From an uncultured Candidatus Saccharibacteria bacterium (GTDB taxonomy: Bacteria; Patescibacteriota; Doudnabacteria; UBA920): a stretch of DNA of 62,501 nucleotides. The stretch covers positions 99,548 through 162,048 of the forward strand of contig CAZTCH010000002.1 of NCBI GenBank assembly GCA_964612745.1. Direction: 5' to 3'. Position numbers and translations under genes: made by a program. The notes below the pieces were generated by a model. That model was not told where the DNA came from and searched no databases. It was given only the letters and a program-made list of their open reading frames with translations. Of this stretch, positions 39,344-47,989 are shown piece after piece (within the stretch, counting starts at the first letter, position 1; each line of letters begins with the position of its first letter).

Positions 39344-40198
39344 ATGCAAAGCAGTGAACTACTCAAAATTAGCCGTCCTCGGTTTTGGCTCTATTTGGCA
39401 GGACCGTACCTCATTGGACTCATCGCAGCCAACACCAGCACAAGTGCACTATACGGATTTTGGCCGTTACTTTTCCTACTCTATTTTTTATTTCCTGCAA
39501 ATTTACTCATCTACGGCGTAAATGATATTTTCGATTTTGAAACAGACCGCCACAATCCAAAAAAGAATGCGTACGAAACACTCGTCGCGCCCAACCAAAG
39601 AGCAAAAATCTGGAGTGCTATTATTGCTGCAAACATCCCCTTCCTCGCATTACTCATTGTATACTGCGTGCAGAACCACACTGCCACACCAGCACTCGCT
39701 GCGGTAGGCTTCTTGTTTTTTGGCATCTTTTATTCCGCTCCGCCCATTAGAGCCAAAACCAAACCACTCTTCGACAGCTTCTTCAATATTCTCTATTTAT
39801 TCCCAGGGTTTGTAGGGTACGCACTACTCAGCGGCGCACACTTTGACTGGAAAGTATTTTTTGCTGGAACCTTGTGGGTCATGGCCATGCACGCGTACTC
39901 TGCAATACCAGACATTGACGCAGATAAGACTGCAAAGCTCAACACTATAGCCACCGTACTGGGAGCTACGCGTACACTCGTCTTTTGTGCTTTTTGCTAT
40001 CTTGGCGCAGCAGCGCTCAGCTACCAGCACCTTGGTATATTTGGGATTGTACTTGGTAGTATGTACGTTGGCATGATCTATCTGAGCTTGCTATCCACAA
40101 ACCGCCAGTGGATATTTCGGGTATACCAGTGGTTTCCTTTTGTAAACGGCATTCTGGGCTTTTCGATTTTTCTGTTTCTGTTTTTTACCCGACACTAA
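39344..40198 (+). CDS. UbiA-family prenyltransferase (lycopene-elongase-like by context)
   Basis: NDIFDFETDRHNPKK (NDxxDxxxD), a second Asp-rich motif IPDIDADK, and 8-9 TM segments. Adjacent to crtI/crtB. Confidence 0.75.
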   Translation: MQSSELLKISRPRFWLYLAGPYLIGLIAANTSTSALYGFWPLLFLLYFLFPANLLIYGVNDIFDFETDRHNPKKNAYETLVAPNQRAKIWSAIIAANIPFLALLIVYCVQNHTATPALAAVGFLFFGIFYSAPPIRAKTKPLFDSFFNILYLFPGFVGYALLSGAHFDWKVFFAGTLWVMAMHAYSAIPDIDADKTAKLNTIATVLGATRTLVFCAFCYLGAAALSYQHLGIFGIVLGSMYVGMIYLSLLSTNRQWIFRVYQWFPFVNGILGFSIFLFLFFTRH

Positions 40199-40213
40199 AT
40201 ATATTTCAAAGCG

Positions 40214-41716
40214 CTACAAATGTTCCAGCGGCTCTGCTTGGTTTGTGCCAAGCAAGCGTTTTGCAAGTAACTCTGCAGAGATTAAACAGATAGGCATACC
40301 AATCCCTGGGTTTGTCCCTGCTCCTACATAGTACAAATTCGCCACTTTTTTGCTCACGTTATTTGGCCGAAGGAATACACTTTGTCTCAATGTGTGCGCC
40401 AACCCCAATGCCGTGCCTTTGTAGCTGTTATAATCTGCTGCAAAATCTTTTACACAGTAATCTTTTCGGTATTCCACTCGCGAGCGCAAATTGGAAATGC
40501 CCATTTCAGCACCTGCCCAGTCAAGCAGTTTGTTACCATATTCGGTGAGAAATTCTGGCGTATACTCAAGCCCTGAAGCAATTGGCGCAAGCACAAATAA
40601 ATTTTCTTTGCCTGCAGGAGCCACTGTTGGGTCCGTAACACTTGGCGCACATATATAGAGCGAGGGCTTCTCAGGAAACTTTGGTGAGTCAAAAATATCT
40701 CCGAAGTTTGCTTTCCAGTCACGAGCAAAAATAAGGTTGTGGTGGGTAAGTTCAGGTACACGATCGCGCACGCCAAGATACATAATAAATGCAGAAGGAG
40801 CAAGAGTGCGCTTGTCCCAATACCGAGGGCTTCGCTCTCGCTCTGAGGTTTGCAATAACTTGCTTTCGGTATGCTCCATGTCGGCGTTAGACACAACTAT
40901 ATCGGCAAAGAGTTCTTCGCCACTTGCCAAACGAACTCCAGTAGCAACGCCATTGGTCGTTAAGATTTTTTCGACAGGAACGCTGGTACGATGGGCCACC
41001 CCAAACTCAGCACCAATTTTTACGAGGGCTTTAATCACTTCGTAAATACCTCCATCGGGGTAGAAGACTCCCATATTAAAATCTATATGGTTCATAATAG
41101 AGTACAGCGCAGGGGTGTTATACGGTGATCCACCCAAGAACACTAACTGATACTGCAAGATTTTCTGGATTCGCTCATCTTTAAAATGCCCACGGACAAA
41201 CCGGTCCATAGACAACAACAGTTTTGGACTCAACCTTGCTTTTGTTGCCCTAACATCTACTAAATCCCACGCAGAATCGTAGTTGCGGTACATGAACAAC
41301 TCTTTGGCGACATCGTACGCTTCTTCTGCCTTCGCAAGATACTCTATAAATTTTTTTCCAGCGCCGACCTCAAAGCTTTCAAACAACGCCGCCACCTTTT
41401 CGGGGTCCGCCGACAAATCTACATGCTCCCCTGTTCCTTCAAAAAAAATACGATAGCTCACCGGCAAAGGCACCAAGTGAATGTAGTCAGATACCTTTTT
41501 CCCAAGCAAACTAAAATAGTGCTCGAACACATCTGGCATTAAATACCACGATGGCCCTTTATCGAACGTGTATCCAGCCTCTTGAATGAGTCCTGCGCGT
41601 CCACCTAAATAATCGTTTTTTTCTAACACCGTTACGCTGTAACCCATTTTCGCAAGCAGGTTAGCAGCGCCCAAACCACCAATTCCTGAACCAATAATAA
41701 TTGCTTTTTTATTCAT
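40214..41716 (-). CDS. crtI: Phytoene desaturase family
   Basis: KAIIIGSGIGGLGAANLLAKMGYSVTVLEKNDYLGGRAG dinucleotide fold. CrtI-like C-terminal YYVGAGTNPGIGMP. Confidence 0.85.
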   Translation of the reverse strand: MNKKAIIIGSGIGGLGAANLLAKMGYSVTVLEKNDYLGGRAGLIQEAGYTFDKGPSWYLMPDVFEHYFSLLGKKVSDYIHLVPLPVSYRIFFEGTGEHVDLSADPEKVAALFESFEVGAGKKFIEYLAKAEEAYDVAKELFMYRNYDSAWDLVDVRATKARLSPKLLLSMDRFVRGHFKDERIQKILQYQLVFLGGSPYNTPALYSIMNHIDFNMGVFYPDGGIYEVIKALVKIGAEFGVAHRTSVPVEKILTTNGVATGVRLASGEELFADIVVSNADMEHTESKLLQTSERERSPRYWDKRTLAPSAFIMYLGVRDRVPELTHHNLIFARDWKANFGDIFDSPKFPEKPSLYICAPSVTDPTVAPAGKENLFVLAPIASGLEYTPEFLTEYGNKLLDWAGAEMGISNLRSRVEYRKDYCVKDFAADYNSYKGTALGLAHTLRQSVFLRPNNVSKKVANLYYVGAGTNPGIGMPICLISAELLAKRLLGTNQAEPLEHL

Positions 41717-41746
41717 AGTACACACACTACTGCATAAGACTAAAAT

Positions 41747-42613
41747 CTACACCGTCCCAAACCGTACCCGAACTAACAGCCAGAGTTTTTCTAAAAACGA
41801 AGTAGAAACTCGACCCGCAAACGGATTACAATCTTGTTGCTCTAACTTTGTAAGAATACGCGCATACAACACACTTGCCATCTGGTACGCAAATCTCCCT
41901 CGAGCATCAAGCAATGGCAAACACTTGTTTCCTTCATCGTATAACTGCCATGCTCGGGCAATTTGAAATTGCATAAACTTACGAAATTGTGGAGACCAAC
42001 GCGCTTGTGCAATATCTTCTACCGACAACCCAAATTGCGCAAGCTCATCCTGTGGTACATATATCCGACCTCGTTCGGTGTAATCTTTTTCAATGTCTCG
42101 TAAAAAATTAGTCAGCTGCATGGCATACCCGAGGACCTTTGCGTATTCCAGAGCGCGCGCATCCTGAAAACCAATTACCAATGCCATCATGTACCCCACC
42201 ACTCCAGCGGAGCCATACATATACCCCTCTAAATCTGCGTAGGTTGCGTATTGCTTCGTATCAATGTCCATCGCCATCGACGCGAGGAATGCGTCACCGT
42301 AGGCAACTGGAACCTGCACCCGAGCAAAAGTATCTGCAATCGCCATCATGACTGGCTTTGTACTTTCCCCCGCAAGTGCTTGTTTCCACTCTGTGGTATA
42401 CGCATCCAACTGCTTCCTGAGCTCTTCAGAACTCGCCTCGGGCTGCTCATCGACAATATCATCTGGGATTCGGAAAAAAGCATACAAGGCCCATGTGGAG
42501 CGTTTTTTCCAGACCTCACCAAAAAAACTCGTGGCAAAATAGTAGCTTTTCCCATGGTGCTGCATTATTTTTCTACACGCCTCATACCCTTCCTGCAATT
42601 GTGTGCTTATCAT
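41747..42613 (-). CDS. crtB: Phytoene synthase
   Basis: Squalene/phytoene synthase signatures: YMYGSAGVVGYMM, the Asp-rich RIPDDIVD region, and QLTNFLRDIEKD. Confidence 0.85.
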   Translation of the reverse strand: MISTQLQEGYEACRKIMQHHGKSYYFATSFFGEVWKKRSTWALYAFFRIPDDIVDEQPEASSEELRKQLDAYTTEWKQALAGESTKPVMMAIADTFARVQVPVAYGDAFLASMAMDIDTKQYATYADLEGYMYGSAGVVGYMMALVIGFQDARALEYAKVLGYAMQLTNFLRDIEKDYTERGRIYVPQDELAQFGLSVEDIAQARWSPQFRKFMQFQIARAWQLYDEGNKCLPLLDARGRFAYQMASVLYARILTKLEQQDCNPFAGRVSTSFLEKLWLLVRVRFGTV

Positions 42614-42625
42614 ATATAAAAATAA

Positions 42626-43678
42626 TTACGAGGACCGATGTTCAATGGTGTCAATAAAAGACAACCAGACACCTTGCAAATTTTTTGCAACTGAACTTGC
42701 CTGCAACAGCGTTCTACTTTTTGCAAATAGTTTTCCTGCGGTCTCGTGCGCATAGGCAAGTGCGCCAGACTCTGCAAATAGTTGCGTAATCTGTTCGGCA
42801 GCCGCAAGCGCTTCTGGTTTGCCAAAATACTGGCGAAGTTGTTTTGCATAGACTGGCTTCGCTTGCGTAAAAACAAAATTGGACAAATACGTATGTTGAC
42901 CTTCTTGTACGTCGACACAAGCAGTTTTACCCGTACCCGCTACCACATCGAGCATATCGTCTTGAATTTGAAACGCAAGCCCCAACGCCTCACCAAACTC
43001 TTTAGCAAAGGCATCGTGTGTCACGCGCCCAACTGCCAACCGAGCACCAACGGCTATTGGCCCCGAAAAACTATACCGTGCTGTTTTTAAAATATGTTTC
43101 CGTTTGACCATCTCCAGTGGCACAACGCGCTGTGTGGTAAGATCTATGTCCAGCATTTCTCCGACTATAACTTCGTCTACCATACGTCTGTACGCTTCAC
43201 ACGCCCGCCTACGCCCTACCGACTGTACGCCAGAACCCTGCATCATTTCTTGTGACCACGCAAACAATAAGTCGCCCACCAACAGCGCTTGTCCGTTGCT
43301 AATGTGTGACAGGTCACCAATCCGTTTGTGGGAACGGAGAATTGTCTCTGTGTAGATCTGCGTAGTAGGTTTTCCGTGCCGAAGCATGCCTCTATCTACT
43401 ATGTCGTCATGCGCCAACGCAAACAGATGCAGCAACTCTAACCCAACGCCTATCTCTTGGATGTCTTGTCGTTTTTTTCCGCCAAATGACTCGTACGCAA
43501 GCTGCGCAATATATGGCCTGACCCGCTTTCCACCCGCAAGCGCAATGGTCTGTGCATGGGTAATAATCTGCGGTAATACTGTTTCTGTGCCTAACTCGGA
43601 ATATACTTTTAAACGCGAAGCGAAAAAACCACTCAAACGAGTATTGAATTGTTTCTGAAATTGTTGCAATGAAATCAT
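42626..43678 (-). CDS. Polyprenyl diphosphate synthase (GGPP synthase-like)
   Basis: FARM LAHDDIVD and SARM FQIQDDMLD. Confidence 0.85.
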   Translation of the reverse strand: MISLQQFQKQFNTRLSGFFASRLKVYSELGTETVLPQIITHAQTIALAGGKRVRPYIAQLAYESFGGKKRQDIQEIGVGLELLHLFALAHDDIVDRGMLRHGKPTTQIYTETILRSHKRIGDLSHISNGQALLVGDLLFAWSQEMMQGSGVQSVGRRRACEAYRRMVDEVIVGEMLDIDLTTQRVVPLEMVKRKHILKTARYSFSGPIAVGARLAVGRVTHDAFAKEFGEALGLAFQIQDDMLDVVAGTGKTACVDVQEGQHTYLSNFVFTQAKPVYAKQLRQYFGKPEALAAAEQITQLFAESGALAYAHETAGKLFAKSRTLLQASSVAKNLQGVWLSFIDTIEHRSS

Positions 43679-43870
43679 GGCTGTGTTTTAAACTACCCTA
43701 CTTCTTCCTACAGATTTTCATGTAGTCGTTTCCTTACAGGGAACCTTCACAAGGATTCCGTGCGGAACATAGAGTTCAGATGCCGGCAACTCCAATCCAA
43801 GAGCTTTTTACGCTTTTTAGACGACACAACCGAGCTATTTATATATGTAATCATAACACGCAAAGAATAC

Positions 43871-43899
43871 TTGATAAAACTACCGAAAGATGGTAGACT
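43871..43899 (+). promoter_or_regulatory. Candidate sigma70-type promoter of the tRNA cluster
   Basis: TTGATA-N17-TAGACT lies about 40 nt upstream of the first tRNA-like 5' end. Confidence 0.4.
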
Positions 43900-43938
43900 G
43901 GGTTAGCTTCCAAAAACCAGAATAGCCCGTATCTGCAT

Positions 43939-44135
43939 GGTCTCGTAGCTCAATAACTAAATGTAACTCGCTTGATGGCTCCGTAGCTCAGCTGGATAGA
44001 GCGTCAGCTTGCGGAGCTGAAGGTCGCAGGTTCAAATCCTGCCGGAGTCACCAGACGAGTAACATTTAGTTTTACGATAGAGCGGTCCGATGCACATCGG
44101 ACAGGTCGCAGGTTCAAATCCTGCCGAGATCACCA
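43939..44135 (+). other. Interrupted tRNA-like gene enclosing tRNA-Arg(GCG)
   Basis: 5' GGTCTCG-TA-GCTC-AAT. 3' TTACGATA-GAGC-G-GTCCG-ATGCACAT-CGGAC-AGGTC-GCAGG-TTCAAAT-CCTGC-CGAGATC-A-CCA. Acceptor pairs 7/7 (one G-U). The anticodon loop is 8 nt. See findings. Confidence 0.5.
43977..44053 (+). tRNA. tRNA-Arg (anticodon GCG)
   Basis: GGCTCCG/CGGAGTC acceptor, D arm GCTC-AGCTGGATA-GAGC, anticodon arm TCAGC-TTGCGGA-GCTGA, T arm GCAGG-TTCAAAT-CCTGC, encoded CCA. 77 nt. Confidence 0.9.
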
Positions 44136-44199
44136 GATACGGGTTATTGTTATTTTAGTAGCGCCTACCTCACGGCTAGCCAAAACAAGATGCATATGC

Positions 44200-44274
44200 G
44201 CCCTTGTAGTTCAATGGATAGAACACTGGACTTCTAAGCCAGCTATCAAGGTTCGATTCCTTGCGAGGGCACCA
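44200..44274 (+). tRNA. tRNA-Arg (anticodon TCT)
   Basis: GCCCTTG/CGAGGGC acceptor, anticodon loop CTTCTAA, T arm CAAGG-TTCGATT-CCTTG, encoded CCA. One A-G mismatch closes the anticodon stem. Confidence 0.85.
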
Positions 44275-44289
44275 GAATACACTCTTGCT

Positions 44290-44330
44290 CACAAAGGTCA
44301 CCTTCGTTCAGTACGAAGGTGACCTTTGTG
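44290..44330. terminator. 18-bp hairpin after the tRNA cluster (terminator or REP-like)
   Basis: CACAAAGGTCACCTTCGT-TCAGT-ACGAAGGTGACCTTTGTG. No clear U-run. Confidence 0.5.
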
Positions 44331-44387
44331 AATCAGATTGGCAACAGAAGATAAAACACGATACACTATTTATAAGTATCAAAACAC

Positions 44388-45074
44388 ATGGAACCAATAC
44401 GCGTCCAAAAATATTTAAGTGAAAACGGCATCGCTTCACGGCGCAAAGCAGAAGAGTTTATTGTCAGCGGACAAGTCAGCGTAAACGGTAAGCGTGCCAA
44501 ATTGGGAGACAAAGTAGACCCCGAGCATGACACAGTCACCGTCTACGGCAAACGAGTAAAGCCACAAGAGAAAAAAATCTACTTAGCACTCTACAAGCCA
44601 AAAGAATACATGGTCAGCAAAAGTGACCCTGAACATAGACGAACGGTGTTCAAACTACTGCCCAAAGAACTTCAAAACAAAGTCTGGAATGTGGGAAGAC
44701 TGGACTACCACACCGAGGGCTTACTGATTCTAACGAACGATGGAGAGCTCACCCAGCAACTGGCTCACCCAAGTTTTGAACATGAAAAAGAATACGAAGT
44801 CATGGTAAATATTCCACCAACCAGCGAGCAAATCCAAGCATTGCGGGATGGTGTAGAAATTGCAACAGGCACCACGTACCCAGCTGGCGTAAAGTCTAAA
44901 GGTACGCTTATTACTATTACCATACACGAAGGAAAAAAGCGTCAGGTCAGACGAATGGTAGAAGCAGTTGGCTTGAAAGTAAAAAACTTAAAGCGTATCC
45001 GGATTAACAAACTAAAACTTCCCGAAATTCCGGTTGGTCAGTTTGTGGAAGTGCAAAAATCAGACATTCTCTAA
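44388..45074 (+). CDS. Pseudouridine synthase, RsuA/RluB family
   Basis: S4 domain (IRVQKYLSENGIASRRKAEE) and catalytic GRLDYHTEGLLILTNDG. Confidence 0.85.
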   Translation: MEPIRVQKYLSENGIASRRKAEEFIVSGQVSVNGKRAKLGDKVDPEHDTVTVYGKRVKPQEKKIYLALYKPKEYMVSKSDPEHRRTVFKLLPKELQNKVWNVGRLDYHTEGLLILTNDGELTQQLAHPSFEHEKEYEVMVNIPPTSEQIQALRDGVEIATGTTYPAGVKSKGTLITITIHEGKKRQVRRMVEAVGLKVKNLKRIRINKLKLPEIPVGQFVEVQKSDIL

Positions 45075-45087
45075 AACACACTTCAGT

Positions 45088-45291
45088 ATGAATTTGAATC
45101 GTGATATCCCACCAAAAAAAATTGCGCTCATGGCTGGTGTACTCATAGTCCTTGCACTCATTGCTGGCTACATATTTGGCCCGAAACTCGCGCCAGACAT
45201 CCTCTTTGAAGACACCATACAAGCCGGACCAACGCAAACCACGAACAGATACGAAACCCGCGAAGTAAACCCGCCCCCGCCAAAAAGGTAA
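45088..45291 (+). CDS. Hypothetical small single-TM protein
   Basis: ATG at 45088. MNLNRDIPPKKIALMAGVLIVLALIAGYIF. Confidence 0.4.
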   Translation: MNLNRDIPPKKIALMAGVLIVLALIAGYIFGPKLAPDILFEDTIQAGPTQTTNRYETREVNPPPPKR

Positions 45292-45324
45292 AGCAGCCTC
45301 TAAGCTACAACTTACGAAATGCAC

Positions 45325-45366
45325 GTGCTAAGTGCTAAGTGCTAAGTGCTAAGTGCTAAGTGCTAA
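45325..45366. repeat. Perfect heptamer tandem repeat (GTGCTAA)x6
   Basis: Counted directly. Followed by degenerate heptamer arrays up to 45545. Confidence 0.95.
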
Positions 45367-45548
45367 GAAAAAGCATAATTACTAATTTTTAATTTTCAAT
45401 TCTTAATTTTTCCAACTCCTACTGTATTTTTAAGTTAAATCTGTATTTATTTGGGATTTTGGATATTGGAATTTATTTGATATTTCGTGCTTGTAATTTG
45501 GAATTTCGCCTTTGCTAATTCCTAACACCTAACTCCTAACAGCTATTT

Positions 45549-47327
45549 ATGAAATTACTCTGGACCTACTTAAAAAACTACCGTGGTTTGCTTGCCGGCG
45601 CTTTAGTACTGGCTACCATAAACCAGCTCTTTAGTTTACTCGACCCACAGATATTTCGAATTCTGATAGACAAATACGCCAACCACGCGGGTGAACTCAC
45701 TCGTGCAGATTTTTTTAATGGCGTGTTGCTGCTGTTGGGCGCATCCATGCTCACTGCTTTTATTTCGCGAGTTGCCAAAAACTTTCAAGACTACTACGTC
45801 AACGTCATTGTCCAACGCCTCGGTGCTCGGATGTATAACCACTCTGTGGACCACTCATTTTCATTGCCGTTTGCAGTGTTCGAAGACCAACGCAGTGGTG
45901 AATTTTTAAGTAAACTGCAAAAAGCACGTGACGATAGCCAAAAACTTATTCAAGTTTCGATTAACTCACTCTTTTTGTCACTCATTGGCATTGTATTAGT
46001 CTTGGGTTACGCCTTTTACGCGCACTGGCTTATTGGCCTTGTGTACTTTCTAATGATTCCCGCCTTAGGTAGCGTCACGTACTGGATTTCTCGGAAAATT
46101 AAAGACACGCAACAGCGCATTATCAAAGAAACTGCAGCGCTTGCAGGTAGCACTACAGAAACACTACGCAATGTAGAACTTGTGAAGTCTCTTGGATTAG
46201 AACAACAAGAAATTACACGTTTAAATGACGTGAACCAAAAGATCCTCAGTCTTGAACTGGAAAAAGTTCGTTTAGTACGCAAATTTGCTTTTTTACAAGG
46301 AACGTTAATAAACGCACTTCGCATTGCATTGTTGTTCATGATGATGTGGCTGTTGTACACCAAGGCAATTTCACTTGGTGAGTTTTTCTCGCTCTATATT
46401 TACTCCTTCTTCATTTTTGCCCCACTTGGAGAACTCGGAAATGTAGCGACAAGCTTCCAAGAAACCAAAGCGAGCATGGAACGTCTAGACGGTATTCTCA
46501 AAACGCCAAAGGAAGTAAAACCCGACAACGCAGTACAAGTTCAGTCTGTGAAAAATATTGCGTTCAATGATGTCGCTTTCCAGTACGCATCCGCCACACA
46601 ACCGGCTCTTGCTGGCGTTTCATTTCAGATTCAAAAAGGCAACACTGTTGCATTTGTAGGACCATCTGGTTCTGGTAAAACCACCATTATCAAACTGATT
46701 GTTGGTTTGTACCCACCAACCTCTGGTGCAATTCAAATTAACGAGCACTCCATACAGACACTGGATGCTGCTTTTTACAGAAATAGGATTGGCTTTGTCT
46801 CACAAGACACGCAACTCTTTGCAGGCACTATTCGCGAAAACTTGCTCTTTGTACGTCCAGAAGCAACAGATGCAGAGTGTATTGCAGCGCTGAAGTCTGC
46901 TGCCGCTCTTCCAATCATAGAACGGCCAAGTGCGCCTTCAGAAGAGGGAGTAAAACCTGCAGACACGGGGCTAAACACAGTAATCGGCGAAGGTGGATTA
47001 AAACTCTCGGGTGGAGAAAAACAGCGTCTATCTATTGCCAGAGCGCTACTGCGCAACCCTGACTTAATTATTTTTGACGAAGCCACCAGTGCGCTGGACT
47101 CACTGACCGAAGAAGAGATTACCCACACCATAAAACAAATTAAACAAGAACGACCAGATCTTATTACCGTACTCGTTGCACACCGCCTTTCTACCATTGT
47201 GCACAGCGACACAATTTTCGTGTTAGAAAAAGGACAAATTGCTGAGTCTGGTAACCACCAACAACTGCTTGAACAACACGGTCTGTACTCTGCCCTCTGG
47301 CGCCAGCAAATCGCCGCCCGAGAATAG
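45549..47327 (+). CDS. ABC exporter, fused permease/ATPase (MsbA-like)
   Basis: 6-TM domain, Walker A GPSGSGKTT, signature LSGGEKQR, Walker B LIIFDEATS. Confidence 0.9.
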   Translation: MKLLWTYLKNYRGLLAGALVLATINQLFSLLDPQIFRILIDKYANHAGELTRADFFNGVLLLLGASMLTAFISRVAKNFQDYYVNVIVQRLGARMYNHSVDHSFSLPFAVFEDQRSGEFLSKLQKARDDSQKLIQVSINSLFLSLIGIVLVLGYAFYAHWLIGLVYFLMIPALGSVTYWISRKIKDTQQRIIKETAALAGSTTETLRNVELVKSLGLEQQEITRLNDVNQKILSLELEKVRLVRKFAFLQGTLINALRIALLFMMMWLLYTKAISLGEFFSLYIYSFFIFAPLGELGNVATSFQETKASMERLDGILKTPKEVKPDNAVQVQSVKNIAFNDVAFQYASATQPALAGVSFQIQKGNTVAFVGPSGSGKTTIIKLIVGLYPPTSGAIQINEHSIQTLDAAFYRNRIGFVSQDTQLFAGTIRENLLFVRPEATDAECIAALKSAAALPIIERPSAPSEEGVKPADTGLNTVIGEGGLKLSGGEKQRLSIARALLRNPDLIIFDEATSALDSLTEEEITHTIKQIKQERPDLITVLVAHRLSTIVHSDTIFVLEKGQIAESGNHQQLLEQHGLYSALWRQQIAARE

Positions 47328-47362
47328 GTAAATAGGAGTTAGGAATCAGGAGCTAGCAAAAC

Positions 47363-47386
47363 AAAAAACCGCAAAAGCGGTTTTTT
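47363..47386. terminator. Bidirectional terminator
   Basis: AAAAAACCGC-AAAA-GCGGTTTTTT lies between convergent genes. Confidence 0.7.
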
Positions 47387-47428
47387 GTTTTATCTACTCT
47401 CTATCCTCTACTCTCTACTCTCTATTGC

Positions 47429-47989
47429 CTACTTCTTATTCTTCAACTGTTCTATCTCTTCTGTCAGCTTTGCGAGTGTCGCCACTACCTTGTCTAAGGT
47501 TTCTTTGGCTGTTCTATCTGCCAATTCTTCTGCTGTTTCTTCTTCGGTAATTTCTTCCACGTCTTCTTGGATTTCGTCTACATCTTTCTGAACTTCGTCG
47601 ATATCTTTTTGTACCTCGTCAATATCTGCTTGGATTTCGTCTACATCTTTTTCAATACCTTCTACATCTTCTGCAATTTCACCAACATCTTCTTGTACTT
47701 CGTCAATGTCTTTTTGGATTTCTTCAATATCTTCTTCTACTTCTTCCAAGCTTTGCGTGTTGCGGTTCACAGTCATTTGAATAAACAAAGACAGATAGAT
47801 TGCTTCAAGCGACACAATAGTGGTGAGCAGAAGCAAAATAGAGTCAAAAGCGACCCCAAAAAACCACAAAGAAAAACTAGCTGCGAACAAACACGTATGC
47901 ACTATAATAGACTGAATTGATCCCATCCACTGGGTGAATACAATTGCAGCGCGCTCCAAAACAGACTCTGGTATATGCTTTTTTACCAT
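47429..47989 (-). CDS. DUF1003-family membrane protein with acidic repeat tail
   Basis: Two TM segments plus the SLEAIYLSLFIQMTVNR region typical of DUF1003. C-terminal (D/E)(I/V)(D/E)E(I/V)Q(K/E)D repeats. Confidence 0.65.
   Translation of the reverse strand: MVKKHIPESVLERAAIVFTQWMGSIQSIIVHTCLFAASFSLWFFGVAFDSILLLLTTIVSLEAIYLSLFIQMTVNRNTQSLEEVEEDIEEIQKDIDEVQEDVGEIAEDVEGIEKDVDEIQADIDEVQKDIDEVQKDVDEIQEDVEEITEEETAEELADRTAKETLDKVVATLAKLTEEIEQLKNKK

Noticed and set aside
45325-45366. Possible CRISPR array (this and other short tandem repeats)
   Set aside because: Units are 7 nt and directly adjacent, without 25-40-nt repeats or unique spacers. No cas genes are in the window.
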